Shown in pieces: positions 10,259 through 19,973 of a stretch of 64,000 bases of DNA. The stretch comes from Rickettsia conorii. GTDB taxonomy: Bacteria > Pseudomonadota > Alphaproteobacteria > Rickettsiales > Rickettsiaceae. A program made the translations under genes and the position numbers. Numbering within the stretch: the stretch's first letter is position 1; each line of letters starts with the position of its first letter. The stretch is from positions 5,739 through 69,738 of the forward strand of contig DYTE01000002.1 in the NCBI GenBank assembly GCA_020726135.1, read 5' to 3'. The notes beneath the pieces are model-generated. The model was not told the DNA's origin, made no database searches, and saw nothing but the letters and a program-made list of their open reading frames with translations.

Positions 10259-11935
10259 TTATATATCATCATCAATTTTATAATTGATATTAATAATATC
10301 TTCTATATCGATTGGATTGACTGGTTCTATACTATAAAGTGAGATCATTTGTTGAAAAATTCTTTTAGCTAATGGTACTGCCGTCCATCCAGCTGTGGCA
10401 AAACCAAATGTATCTTTTGTTGGTTTTGGTTCATCAAGCATAATATATAAAATATATTCAGGATTAATAGCTGGTAATGCTGCAATGAATGATGAGATTC
10501 TGCTGTTTTTTAAATATCTACCAGCTAGTAATTTTTCAGCTGTTCCAGTTTTTCCACCAATATAATATCCTTCTATTTCACTTTTTTTACCAGTACCTTT
10601 TTCTACAGCAAGTCTCATTAATTTACTCATTTGTTTAGATGTATTTTGACTTAAAATTCTAACACCAGGACTTTTATTGTTAGATTTAATAAAGGTTAAA
10701 TCATGTAATATACCACCATTCATTATTGGTACCATAGCTTTAATAAAATGAAGTGGACTGATGGATAATCCATAACCATAGGACATAGTAGCTAGAGTAA
10801 TATTACTCCATTTCTTATTGAGATTTGGATATATGGGTCTTGCTTTTTCTGGTATCTCAATATTAATTGAATCAAGTAATCCTAGATTTTTAAAATATTT
10901 TTTTACATTTTCTTCACCAACTTCTAGAATAATTTGACTAGTACCAACATTAGATGAATGAAGAAATATCTCTGGCACACTATGCCAACCATTCATTTTA
11001 TGATAATCATTTATTACGTTATTTCCTATTTTTAAATAAGTTAAATCATATAAATCATTCATAGTAATAGTATTAGTATCAAACCCTATCGCCAAAGAGA
11101 TAGTTTTAAAGATTGATCCTGTTTCATAAATACCAAGGCTTGCATTGTTAAAAAGCTGTTCATGAGTAGCTTTTCCTGGATAATGTGGATTAAAATCAGG
11201 TTTATTTACAAAAGCTAAAATTTCACCATTATTAGGATTTACCACAATTGCTACACCAGATTTTGCTCTAAATTCTGCAATAGAAGCCTCTAGCTCCTCA
11301 TCTAATATATTTTGTAAATTAACATCTATTGTTAATTGAATTGACTTTGTATTATTATCATCAATATCATTAATTAGATTATTATTTAAATATCTTTCAA
11401 TTCCAGCAAGACCGAGCATATCACGCCCAACATATCCAATAACATGAGAAAATAAATTACCAAAAGTATAAACACGCTTTTGTTCACGCTCAAAATCAAA
11501 ACCAACAAGCCCAAGGTTGAATATAATTTCTTGTTCTTTAGGTAAAATATCTCGCTTTATCCATACAAAATTTTTATTAGTTTTCAATTCTTCTAATAAT
11601 TTTTTTTTATTAATATCAGGCAATATTTGTGATAATTTATCGAGAGACTCAGAAGCATTAATAACTTTAGTAGGATTTGCAAATAAAGATGAGGATGGGA
11701 GATTAACAGCAAGTATTACACCATTCCTATCTATTATTTCTTTCCTGAATTTATTTGTTGAATTTTGACTATAAAAATTAGAATCTTCAGAAGATGTAGC
11801 GATAATAAGAACTCGATATATTAAAATAAAAAATAATATACAAAAAAAAACAATGGTAATTCTTAAACGTAATATAGTGTTTGATTGCGAACTATCCCAC
11901 TTAGTTAAAAGATTTATATTTTTTATTATTCTCAT
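10259..11935 (-). CDS. ftsI: Peptidoglycan D,D-transpeptidase FtsI (PBP3-type penicillin-binding protein)
   Basis: It has an N-terminal membrane anchor. The transpeptidase motifs are STFK-like (SIFKT), SSN (HSSNVG) and KTGT (GGKTGTA). It lies downstream of rsmH-ftsL. Confidence 0.9.
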   Translation of the reverse strand: MRIIKNINLLTKWDSSQSNTILRLRITIVFFCILFFILIYRVLIIATSSEDSNFYSQNSTNKFRKEIIDRNGVILAVNLPSSSLFANPTKVINASESLDKLSQILPDINKKKLLEELKTNKNFVWIKRDILPKEQEIIFNLGLVGFDFEREQKRVYTFGNLFSHVIGYVGRDMLGLAGIERYLNNNLINDIDDNNTKSIQLTIDVNLQNILDEELEASIAEFRAKSGVAIVVNPNNGEILAFVNKPDFNPHYPGKATHEQLFNNASLGIYETGSIFKTISLAIGFDTNTITMNDLYDLTYLKIGNNVINDYHKMNGWHSVPEIFLHSSNVGTSQIILEVGEENVKKYFKNLGLLDSINIEIPEKARPIYPNLNKKWSNITLATMSYGYGLSISPLHFIKAMVPIMNGGILHDLTFIKSNNKSPGVRILSQNTSKQMSKLMRLAVEKGTGKKSEIEGYYIGGKTGTAEKLLAGRYLKNSRISSFIAALPAINPEYILYIMLDEPKPTKDTFGFATAGWTAVPLAKRIFQQMISLYSIEPVNPIDIEDIININYKIDDDI

Positions 11936-11939
11936 ATCA

Positions 11940-12323
11940 TTATTTTTTATTAGATATAGTTGTAATATAATTATTATGTGAACGTTTATATCTCCATTTT
12001 ACTTTATTATTTATTTTTTTTGAATATTCAATTTTTGGAATATCGCGATTATTATCTAATGGGTTTTGAGTTAATTGACTAGGTTTAATATTTTCTAAAT
12101 GTAGATATGTATATGCAAGTTTTTTTATTCTTTTTGGAGTAGTTAGAGAAGCAAATTCAGCTTTAAATAGATAAATAGCATCCTGTTCTTTCTTTATTTG
12201 ATTAGTGACTGTAGTTAATTGATAGCGCAAATTTGCAACATTATTTTTTATACTAAATAAAGAATATATAGTGACCAGCAAAATTGCTAATATCACGATT
12301 GTTGTAATTTTAACTTGTATCAT
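11940..12323 (-). CDS. ftsL: FtsL-like cell division protein
   Basis: 127-aa bitopic protein with one N-terminal TM helix followed by a helical region. It sits between rsmH and ftsI and overlaps rsmH by 4 nt. Confidence 0.6.
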   Translation of the reverse strand: MIQVKITTIVILAILLVTIYSLFSIKNNVANLRYQLTTVTNQIKKEQDAIYLFKAEFASLTTPKRIKKLAYTYLHLENIKPSQLTQNPLDNNRDIPKIEYSKKINNKVKWRYKRSHNNYITTISNKK

Positions 12324-13270
12324 TTTAGTTCATAAATTTTTTGAGCAACACGTAATTTTGCTGATCTTGCACGTGGATTAGCGATTAGCTCAGTTTTAGA
12401 TGGAATAATAGGTTTTTTCGTTAAAATTTTTAACCAAGAATCATTATTTAACTCTTCTATTTGATTAGAATATTTAGATCTTGCCTTTTGTTTTAAAGAA
12501 TTATCTTTAAAAAAATGTTTAATAATTCTATCTTCTAATGAATGAAAAGATATAATAATTAAATTACCATTTAATGCTAAGATTTTATTAATATTTTTAA
12601 GTAATTTCTCTATTTCGAACAATTCATCATTAATATAAATACGAATTGCTTGAAAAGTTTTAGTTGCAGAATCTATTTTACCACTTCTAGATCCTATCGA
12701 ACTATGAATAATATTTCGTAATTTTCCTGTAGTATTAATATATTCCTCATTTCTAGCTAAAATAATTTTTCTAGCTATTTTTCGTGATTGAGTTTCATCA
12801 CCATATTTATAAATTATATTAGCAATTATTTCTTCGTCTGCTTTATTAATAAAATCTGCCGCACTCTGACCGCAAGATCCCATACGCATATCAAGAGGTC
12901 CATCATGCATAAATGAAAATCCACGATGCGCTTCATCTAACTGCATAGAAGATACCCCCAAGTCTAGGACTATAGAATTAAATTTTAAATCTTTAAATTG
13001 AGTAGAAATATTTGAAAAATTACTTTCAAAAAAAGAAAATCTTTGCTGATATTGTTGTTTTAATTGATTAGCATATATAGAAACATTAGGATCCCTATCT
13101 ATTGCAAATAATTTTCCATTGGTTGCATTTAAAATAGCACTACTGTAACCACCAGCGCCAAACGTACAATCAAGATATAATCCATTTTCAATTATTGGCA
13201 GAAATTTTATCATTTCAGCAAGCATTACAGGAATATGAGCTTGTGTAGCATTATAAGTATTTTTCAGCAT
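12320..13270 (-). CDS. rsmH: 16S rRNA (cytosine1402-N4)-methyltransferase RsmH (MraW)
   Basis: The motifs HIPVML.E, DCTFGAGGYS, LDLGVSSMQLD and SFHSLEDRI.K are all RsmH motifs. Confidence 0.95.
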   Translation of the reverse strand: MLKNTYNATQAHIPVMLAEMIKFLPIIENGLYLDCTFGAGGYSSAILNATNGKLFAIDRDPNVSIYANQLKQQYQQRFSFFESNFSNISTQFKDLKFNSIVLDLGVSSMQLDEAHRGFSFMHDGPLDMRMGSCGQSAADFINKADEEIIANIIYKYGDETQSRKIARKIILARNEEYINTTGKLRNIIHSSIGSRSGKIDSATKTFQAIRIYINDELFEIEKLLKNINKILALNGNLIIISFHSLEDRIIKHFFKDNSLKQKARSKYSNQIEELNNDSWLKILTKKPIIPSKTELIANPRARSAKLRVAQKIYELK

Positions 13271-13434
13271 TTCAGCTATGTCAATATTAATCTTGAAATA
13301 TTTTTTAAAATCTTTGGAATTATCTTATTAATATTTCAAGATAGTAAACCTAGAATTGTATAATTCTTTTAATATATTATAGTTTTATTAAAATGTCAAG
13401 ATCTTTTATTAATTTCTATAAATAGCAATATATT

Positions 13435-13575
13435 TTAGCTCCATATAATTGCTTTTATATGACCAATCACTTCTTTTTGCTCTTCTTCTTTTCGTTTAGC
13501 AACGTTACTTAAATCTTCTGTTGCACCATATATAAATTTTCCATTTTCATCAGTGTAACCATTCTCTTTTGACAT
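13435..13575 (-). CDS. Small hypothetical protein (46 aa, MSKENGYTDENGKFIYGATEDLSNVAKRKEEEQKEVIGHIKAIIWS)
   Basis: I translated it by hand because it is below the track size cutoff. An AAGGAAG Shine-Dalgarno lies 7 nt upstream of the ATG. It occupies the slot upstream of rsmH where mraZ usually sits. Confidence 0.35.
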   Translation of the reverse strand: MSKENGYTDENGKFIYGATEDLSNVAKRKEEEQKEVIGHIKAIIWS

Positions 13576-13739
13576 ATTTATCTTCCTTTATTTTAATTAA
13601 ATCTTAATTTATTAATTTAATTAACTTACTATAATTTAATATTAGAGTAAAGAGGGAAATATCATAAATTTTAATATATTTTATTTATAAAAATAAAATT
13701 GACTAAAAATCTGTCAAATATATAATCAAAATATTACAT

Positions 13740-14312
13740 ATGTATAATGGTAAGTTTATGAGTCTCAATAAGTCATTTTATTTCATTAGACATGCTGAAA
13801 CAGATTATAATAGAAAAAATATCTATATGGGATCTCTAGATGTTCCATTAAACCAATTTGGTAGACAGCAAGCATCTATTGCTGCAAAAATCTTAAAAGA
13901 TGAGCCATTAGATTTTATAGTCTCTAGTCCATTAGCACGAGCAAAATCTACGGCTGAAATTATAGCTGCAGAAATTGGTAAAGAAATTATATTTATCAAT
14001 GAATTACAAGAATGTGTTATTGGAATGGAAGGATGTTCTATAAATAAAGGCGAAGCTATTCAAGATTGGTTGACTGGAAAGTTAATTAATCCACCTGAAA
14101 CAATAGAAGAATTTGAGAAAAGAATTATCTCTGGTTTTCAAAAAGCTTTATCATTAAATGGTATGGTTTTAGTTGTATCACATGGAGGTGTTTATGCAGC
14201 ACTTAGACGAGTTTTAAATCTTCCAGCAATTCATATTAAAAATTGTATGATAATGTATCATAGGTTAGTTGATGAAGGGAAAAATCTTTACTACAGCCAA
14301 ATTATAGAATAA
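13740..14312 (+). CDS. Histidine phosphatase (phosphoglycerate mutase-like) family protein
   Basis: It has the RHG-type motif FIRHAETDYN and a downstream SHGG. The true start may be the ATG at 13758. Confidence 0.8.
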   Translation: MYNGKFMSLNKSFYFIRHAETDYNRKNIYMGSLDVPLNQFGRQQASIAAKILKDEPLDFIVSSPLARAKSTAEIIAAEIGKEIIFINELQECVIGMEGCSINKGEAIQDWLTGKLINPPETIEEFEKRIISGFQKALSLNGMVLVVSHGGVYAALRRVLNLPAIHIKNCMIMYHRLVDEGKNLYYSQIIE

Positions 14313-14337
14313 TTTAACATTATAAAACTTGCTCAAT

Positions 14338-16389
14338 ATGAAAAAGATTTTTATATTATTTGTAACTTTAACCATAATTATAATTTTTATAAAATTTATG
14401 ACACAAATCCAAATATCTAATATAGACTCAAACACAATTATACCAAGACAAATATTATTTGGTAATCCAGATAAAACTAGCGTAAGTCTTAGTTATGATG
14501 GAAAATATATAGCTTATATAGCGCCCAAAAAAGGAATACTTAATATTTGGATTGCTGATATAAATCATCTAGAATCAGCAAAATCTATTACTGATGATAA
14601 AGATAGAGGGATTAGGTCATACGCTATAGCATATGATAATAAACATATATTATATATGCAAGATACAAATGGAGATGAAAATTTTTATCTATCAAGTTAC
14701 AATATTGAGACAAAAAAAACTCAAATTCTTACAGAAAAAACAAATGTAAGAACTATGATTATCAAAACTAGTATAGATCTGCCAAATCAAATCTTAATAG
14801 GAATAAATAATCGTGACCCTAAATATTTTGATATATATAAATTAAATTTAGATAATGGGGATAAAGAATTAATTTTTGAAAATGATAAATTCAACTCATT
14901 TGTATCAGATGATAATTTGAATATTAGATTTGCTGGAACTCCATCAGAAGATGGTGGAATTGAATATTACGAATTTCAAAATAATAAAGAATTTAAATTT
15001 TTTACTAAAATTTCTCATGAAGATTCAGCAAATAGCTCATTATTAGGTTTGGATAAAACCGGTGATATAGTTTATATGTTAGATAGTCGTGATTCAGATA
15101 CAACACAATTAATAGCTTATAACTTAAAAACAAATGAAAAAATTTTGATATCTCAAGATGAACGTGCTGATATTGGAATATTGCTATTTGATAATATAAA
15201 TAAAAAAATACAAGCGACTTATGCTAATTATGATGTTGTCACTTACAATATTTTAGATGAGACAATAAGAGAAGATATGAATTATTTACAAAATCTTGAT
15301 AGAGGAATTTTACATATTAATTCCAGAACAAAAGATGGTAAAAAATGGCTTGTAACTTTTGAAATGGATAATGCTCCTATAAAATATTTTTTATATGATA
15401 GAGATAATAAACAAGCTAAATTTCTATTTACTAATAAAAAAGATTTAGAAAAATATAAATTAGCTAAAATGTATCCTGTGATTATCAAATCAAGAGATGA
15501 TTTAAATCTAATAAATTATATTACTTATCCTATTGATACAAAACTTGATAAAAATAATATGCCGTTAAATCCCTTACCTCTAGTCCTCTATGTTCATGGT
15601 GGCCCATGGGCTCGTGATAGTTTTGGCTATAATCCTACTCACCAGTGGCTTGCTAATAGAGGCTATGCTGTGCTTAGTGTTAATTATCGTGGCTCAACCG
15701 GCTTTGGTAAAAAATTTATTAGTCATAGCTTCAGAGAATGGGGTGGTAAAATGCACGATGATCTGATTGATAGCATTAATTGGACAATAAGTAATAAAAT
15801 TGCAGATCCTAAAAAAATCGCTATTATGGGTGGGAGTTATGGCGGATATGCAACTCTTGTTGGTATGACGATGACTCCTGATATATTTGCATGTGGCGTT
15901 GATATAGTCGGTGTTTCAAACTTAAATAGTTTTATTAAAACAATTCCTCCTTATTGGGCACCTTTTTTAAATTATATGAAAAAAGCTCTTGGAGATTGGG
16001 ATACAGAAGAAGGAAGAGAGTTCTTAACATCTAGATCTCCAATAAATTATATTGATAATATCAAAAAACCATTACTAATAGCACAAGGACAACATGATCC
16101 TAGAGTTAATCAAGATGAATCTGAACAAGTTGTTAATGAAATGAACAAGAAGAAAATTCCAGTAATTTATGCTCTATATCCAGACGAAGGTCATGGCTTT
16201 GCAAAAGCAACAAACCGTTTATCATTCTATGCTATGACTGAATTATTTTTGGCAAATATTTTAGGTGGACATGTTGAAAAAATAGAGAAAGATTTTGATG
16301 GCGCAAATTTTATATTGAATAAGTTAGAAAAACCTAGCAATTTAGAAGCAGAAAATATAATAAATAATATATTTAAAGAGATAAGATAG
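14338..16389 (+). CDS. S9-family serine peptidase (prolyl oligopeptidase / acylaminoacyl-peptidase type), N-terminally anchored
   Basis: The catalytic motif is GGSYGGY. The C-terminal alpha/beta hydrolase region has QGQHDPRV and DEGHGF (Asp and His of the triad). The N-terminus is a hydrophobic anchor. I prefer the ATG at 14338 to the TTG at 14329. Confidence 0.88.
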   Translation: MKKIFILFVTLTIIIIFIKFMTQIQISNIDSNTIIPRQILFGNPDKTSVSLSYDGKYIAYIAPKKGILNIWIADINHLESAKSITDDKDRGIRSYAIAYDNKHILYMQDTNGDENFYLSSYNIETKKTQILTEKTNVRTMIIKTSIDLPNQILIGINNRDPKYFDIYKLNLDNGDKELIFENDKFNSFVSDDNLNIRFAGTPSEDGGIEYYEFQNNKEFKFFTKISHEDSANSSLLGLDKTGDIVYMLDSRDSDTTQLIAYNLKTNEKILISQDERADIGILLFDNINKKIQATYANYDVVTYNILDETIREDMNYLQNLDRGILHINSRTKDGKKWLVTFEMDNAPIKYFLYDRDNKQAKFLFTNKKDLEKYKLAKMYPVIIKSRDDLNLINYITYPIDTKLDKNNMPLNPLPLVLYVHGGPWARDSFGYNPTHQWLANRGYAVLSVNYRGSTGFGKKFISHSFREWGGKMHDDLIDSINWTISNKIADPKKIAIMGGSYGGYATLVGMTMTPDIFACGVDIVGVSNLNSFIKTIPPYWAPFLNYMKKALGDWDTEEGREFLTSRSPINYIDNIKKPLLIAQGQHDPRVNQDESEQVVNEMNKKKIPVIYALYPDEGHGFAKATNRLSFYAMTELFLANILGGHVEKIEKDFDGANFILNKLEKPSNLEAENIINNIFKEIR

Positions 16390-16514
16390 TAATTTTTACA
16401 ATCAAATTAATTATTTATAATATTTTTATAATAAATTTCCTTTAATTATTTGATTCTATTGGAAAATAATAATATGTTGTGATTTTAATATTAATATTTG
16501 AAGGAGATTTTATT

Positions 16515-16691
16515 ATGCTTACACCAGAAGAACTTGCAAAACAATTTGAAAAAATGAGAGAAGAACAACAAAAAGCAGTCGATGAAGAGAAAAAAAAACT
16601 GTTAGAAGAACAAATAAAATTAATCCAACAACAATGTTATGGTTTTAATGATCAAATGATAGGACGAGTTAATGATAATAGCGATGATTGA
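16515..16691 (+). CDS. Small hypothetical helical protein (58 aa)
   Basis: A GAAGGAG Shine-Dalgarno lies 8 nt upstream of the ATG at 16515, inside track ORF 16479..16691. The sequence is charged and helical (MLTPEELAKQFEKMREEQQ...). Confidence 0.4.
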   Translation: MLTPEELAKQFEKMREEQQKAVDEEKKKLLEEQIKLIQQQCYGFNDQMIGRVNDNSDD

Positions 16692-16723
16692 TATATGTGT
16701 TAACATGATGTTTAAAATCAAAG

Positions 16724-17488
16724 CTAAAAGTTAATATAATCCATAGGGTCCACAGCTTTGTCACCAATTTTTATAGCTAAATATAATTGAGGTGATGAAG
16801 TTTTTCCTGTTCTTCCAACATGCCCTATAATTTGTCCTTCTGTTACAATATTATTTTTTACAAACATTAAATCATTTAAATGAGCATATGCAATATATTT
16901 ATTTGAATCAATAATTTTAACAATTATTAAATTACCAAAATTTTTATTCATGCCAGAATATATAATTTCTCCTGAAGCGATCGATTTTACAGAAGATCCT
17001 TCTTCAGCCTCTATATTCATTCCTTTATTTTTTCCAAATATAGTATCTTCACCAAACTTGCTAATAATTTTACCATCAATAGGTTTAATAAATTTATCAG
17101 TTTGATGTTTATTCAAGTCTTTTTTCTCTTGAATTATTTCTTCCTTAACAACAAGCTTAGGAATTGTAACTATTTTTGGTGAAGGTTTGACTATATTATC
17201 ATTTATTTTTTTATGAGGATTCACCAATATTCCTTCTGGATATTTTAATTTTTCTTGTTTTATTTCTAATCTAGTTCTAACTATTTTATCCTCATTGAAT
17301 GGAAGAGAAGTTACAACAGGATTTTCCTCCTTATTTAAATATAAGTCAGAATTTTTAGAATTTATTTCTTTCTGATATTGCTCATAAGTATAATCATTAT
17401 TATGATTATATTCTACTGGCGCAGGACTTTGAGAAACACATGAAATAAGCGTACAACATGTAATAAAATGGTAAAAATATAATTTCAT
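16724..17488 (-). CDS. Lipoprotein with degenerate LytM (M23-like) domain, NlpD/EnvC-like
   Basis: It has a lipobox (LISC) after a signal peptide. The C-terminus has the M23 fold signature (GQIIGHVGRTGKTSSP) but QLYL replaces HLHF and GMNI replaces H.G.D. Confidence 0.8.
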   Translation of the reverse strand: MKLYFYHFITCCTLISCVSQSPAPVEYNHNNDYTYEQYQKEINSKNSDLYLNKEENPVVTSLPFNEDKIVRTRLEIKQEKLKYPEGILVNPHKKINDNIVKPSPKIVTIPKLVVKEEIIQEKKDLNKHQTDKFIKPIDGKIISKFGEDTIFGKNKGMNIEAEEGSSVKSIASGEIIYSGMNKNFGNLIIVKIIDSNKYIAYAHLNDLMFVKNNIVTEGQIIGHVGRTGKTSSPQLYLAIKIGDKAVDPMDYINF

Positions 17489-17604
17489 ATGAGTAAAAAT
17501 GGTTAATTAATTTTGAAATTATCTGAATCAATGTATCTAAAAAATTTTTATAATATATTATATATTATACGAGTTTATTTTTATTATTAAAAGACATTTT
17601 ATTT

Positions 17605-18045
17605 ATGAAGAATTATAATATATTTATAGCAAATGATCATAATGGTTATCTATTGAAAAATATAATAATATCGCATTTAAAATTAAATTATCCATTTCAT
17701 AAAATTAGAAACCTAGGATGTGATAGTCAAGAAAAAGTAGATTATCCAGAATATGGTAAAAAACTTGTTACATCGATACTTGATAACGATAATTCACTTG
17801 GAATATTGATATGTTCTACAGGTATTGGAATGTCTATTGTTGCAAATAGAAGAGTAGGTATTAGAGCTGCATTATGTTTTAATGAATATATGGCTGTTAA
17901 TGCACGATCACATCATAATGCCAATATTTTAATAATTGGAGCTAAAATAATTGATGAAAATAGTAGCTATGCTATTTTAGATAAATTTTTAAATACTCCA
18001 TTTGAGGGAGGAAGACACGCTGCAAGACTAGCTAAATTGGATTAA
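17605..18045 (+). CDS. rpiB: Ribose-5-phosphate isomerase B
   Basis: The sequence ILICSTGIGMSIVANR..GIRAA......A...R.HHNANIL is the RpiB/LacAB consensus. The protein is 146 aa. Confidence 0.92.
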   Translation: MKNYNIFIANDHNGYLLKNIIISHLKLNYPFHKIRNLGCDSQEKVDYPEYGKKLVTSILDNDNSLGILICSTGIGMSIVANRRVGIRAALCFNEYMAVNARSHHNANILIIGAKIIDENSSYAILDKFLNTPFEGGRHAARLAKLD

Positions 18046-18163
18046 GTAATTTTATATAGACTATGTACCCGTTCAGATAGTAAATAGTTTTTAAAGATTT
18101 TTTATAGGCTGAGCGGATACAAGTAACATTTTTATAATGATGAAAAATCAAAATAATAAGAAA

Positions 18164-18970
18164 TTATATACCTAAATCTCGAGAATTTTTTTTAGGTGAA
18201 AGAATTTGAGTATTGATAGGATTAATTATATTTTCAACTTTTGTTGTTCTAAGGCCTATTATTTTTGCTTCTATTCGATCTTTTAAGGCTTGAATAGGAA
18301 CAATATTTTTAATTAGTTTAAGTATTTTTATAGACAAATCTTCTTCAAACGCTTTTTTAAGTTTATTTTCATTATCTTCAATAAAATTTTCTGGAACACG
18401 TAGTTCTGTTAATTCAAGATAGTCTTTTGTAACGTTAAGAAATTTATTAATTGTTTTATTTTGGAATTCTGTAGTTGCTTCTTTTGTTAAAAAATTAGTA
18501 TCACAGACAATATCAATCAAATTATCAACAGCATCTACAATATTTTTTTCCGCTATTTCTATTGGATTTACTATGTTTCCAAAAATATCATACTCTTCTT
18601 GTTTACAAGCTTGTTTTTTAACTTCTTCTAGTTTTTCTTGAAATTTTGTAACGTCAAGACCTGGAATCTCAAATTCATTAACTAGTTTTTCTATTTTATT
18701 TAAATATGGAGTTGAATTATCATGAGATACTGTATCAACAATTTCTGGATCTATAGCAAACATCACTGGATGAAGTTCTTCAGCACCAATCTTAAATTTC
18801 CTATTAGGTGCATATTTTGCTAAAGTTAGTAATATTTTAGGTGTCCCTTTAGAACTTGTTTCATCCTGCAAATATTCAATTAATGCCTTATTAGCTTGAA
18901 CATTATCCATACCATTAAATGGATCTTGAGCAATATTTAAATGAAAATCTTGTATCGTTTCTTTACCCAT
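18164..18970 (-). CDS. Hypothetical protein (268 aa, acidic, helical, no signal peptide)
   Basis: It is a long ORF with a strong GAGGTG Shine-Dalgarno 6 nt upstream of the ATG at 18970. The track start at 18979 is a GTG inside that Shine-Dalgarno. I recognise no family. Confidence 0.6.
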   Translation of the reverse strand: MGKETIQDFHLNIAQDPFNGMDNVQANKALIEYLQDETSSKGTPKILLTLAKYAPNRKFKIGAEELHPVMFAIDPEIVDTVSHDNSTPYLNKIEKLVNEFEIPGLDVTKFQEKLEEVKKQACKQEEYDIFGNIVNPIEIAEKNIVDAVDNLIDIVCDTNFLTKEATTEFQNKTINKFLNVTKDYLELTELRVPENFIEDNENKLKKAFEEDLSIKILKLIKNIVPIQALKDRIEAKIIGLRTTKVENIINPINTQILSPKKNSRDLGI

Positions 18971-19077
18971 ATTTATCACCTCAATTATTGATTATATATA
19001 TTCTATAATTTAATATAGGATATTATTAAACAATAATATAGTCAAACCAATGATGATTTGACTATTTATAGTGTGAA

Positions 19078-19821
19078 TTAATCTTTTCTGTTGCCAAAAA
19101 ATCTTAATAAATATAAGAATAGATTGAGAAAGTCCAAATATAATGTAAAAGCAGCCATAATTGAAACTTTTTGTCCAAGTTCTCCACCGCCAGAAGCATA
19201 ATACATGGATTTAATTTTTTGAGTATCCCAAGCAATAAGTCCAGTGAATATAATCACTCCAAGTAATGAAGTTGCGAACTCTATAGCAGGACTACGGAAA
19301 AACATATTTACCAACGAAACTAATATTATTCCCATAAGTCCCATCACCATGAATGAACCCATAGAAGTCAGGTCTCTGTTTGTTGAATATCCATAAATAC
19401 TCATACCACCAAATAAAGATGCACATATAAAAAATGTTCTAGCAATTGATTCTCCAGTATAGATCAGACCAAGTGATGCTAGTGACATTCCTGTAACTGC
19501 AGCATATACCCAAAATAAAGTTTGAGCAGTTTGAACATTCATTCTACCAAAACCCATAAAGAAATAGACTGCAATACCAAGTGGTGCAAACATCATTAAT
19601 GTACCAAAACCAGTATTTCCAAGAAAATGACCAGATGGTGAAATATTAAATAACAAATTTGACAATGGCGCGAATGATAATGTTGCTACGGCAAATAATC
19701 CTGTAACTACAAGTGCTAAAGCCATATAATTATAAATTTTTAGAAAATATTCACGCAAACCGTGATCATATGTTTTTTGCTGTTTTTGCGCTGTAGCAAA
19801 ACCAGTAGTGTAATCTATCAT
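19078..19821 (-). CDS. Bax inhibitor-1/YccA family membrane protein
   Basis: It has 7 predicted TM helices. The N-terminal LREYFLKIYNYMA and C-terminal YLDFLNLFLYLLR are typical of the BI-1/YccA family. Confidence 0.88.
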   Translation of the reverse strand: MIDYTTGFATAQKQQKTYDHGLREYFLKIYNYMALALVVTGLFAVATLSFAPLSNLLFNISPSGHFLGNTGFGTLMMFAPLGIAVYFFMGFGRMNVQTAQTLFWVYAAVTGMSLASLGLIYTGESIARTFFICASLFGGMSIYGYSTNRDLTSMGSFMVMGLMGIILVSLVNMFFRSPAIEFATSLLGVIIFTGLIAWDTQKIKSMYYASGGGELGQKVSIMAAFTLYLDFLNLFLYLLRFFGNRKD

Positions 19822-19973
19822 AGTTTACCTCTCTAACTTTCAAATAAATTCATACTACATTATAATATATATATTTTTAACTTGTTTTTCAAGTTGCATC
19901 TTATATTATAAATATTAATCTTCTTAACAATTATTAGACAATAATATCATAGTCACAATATTATAGATTTCAT

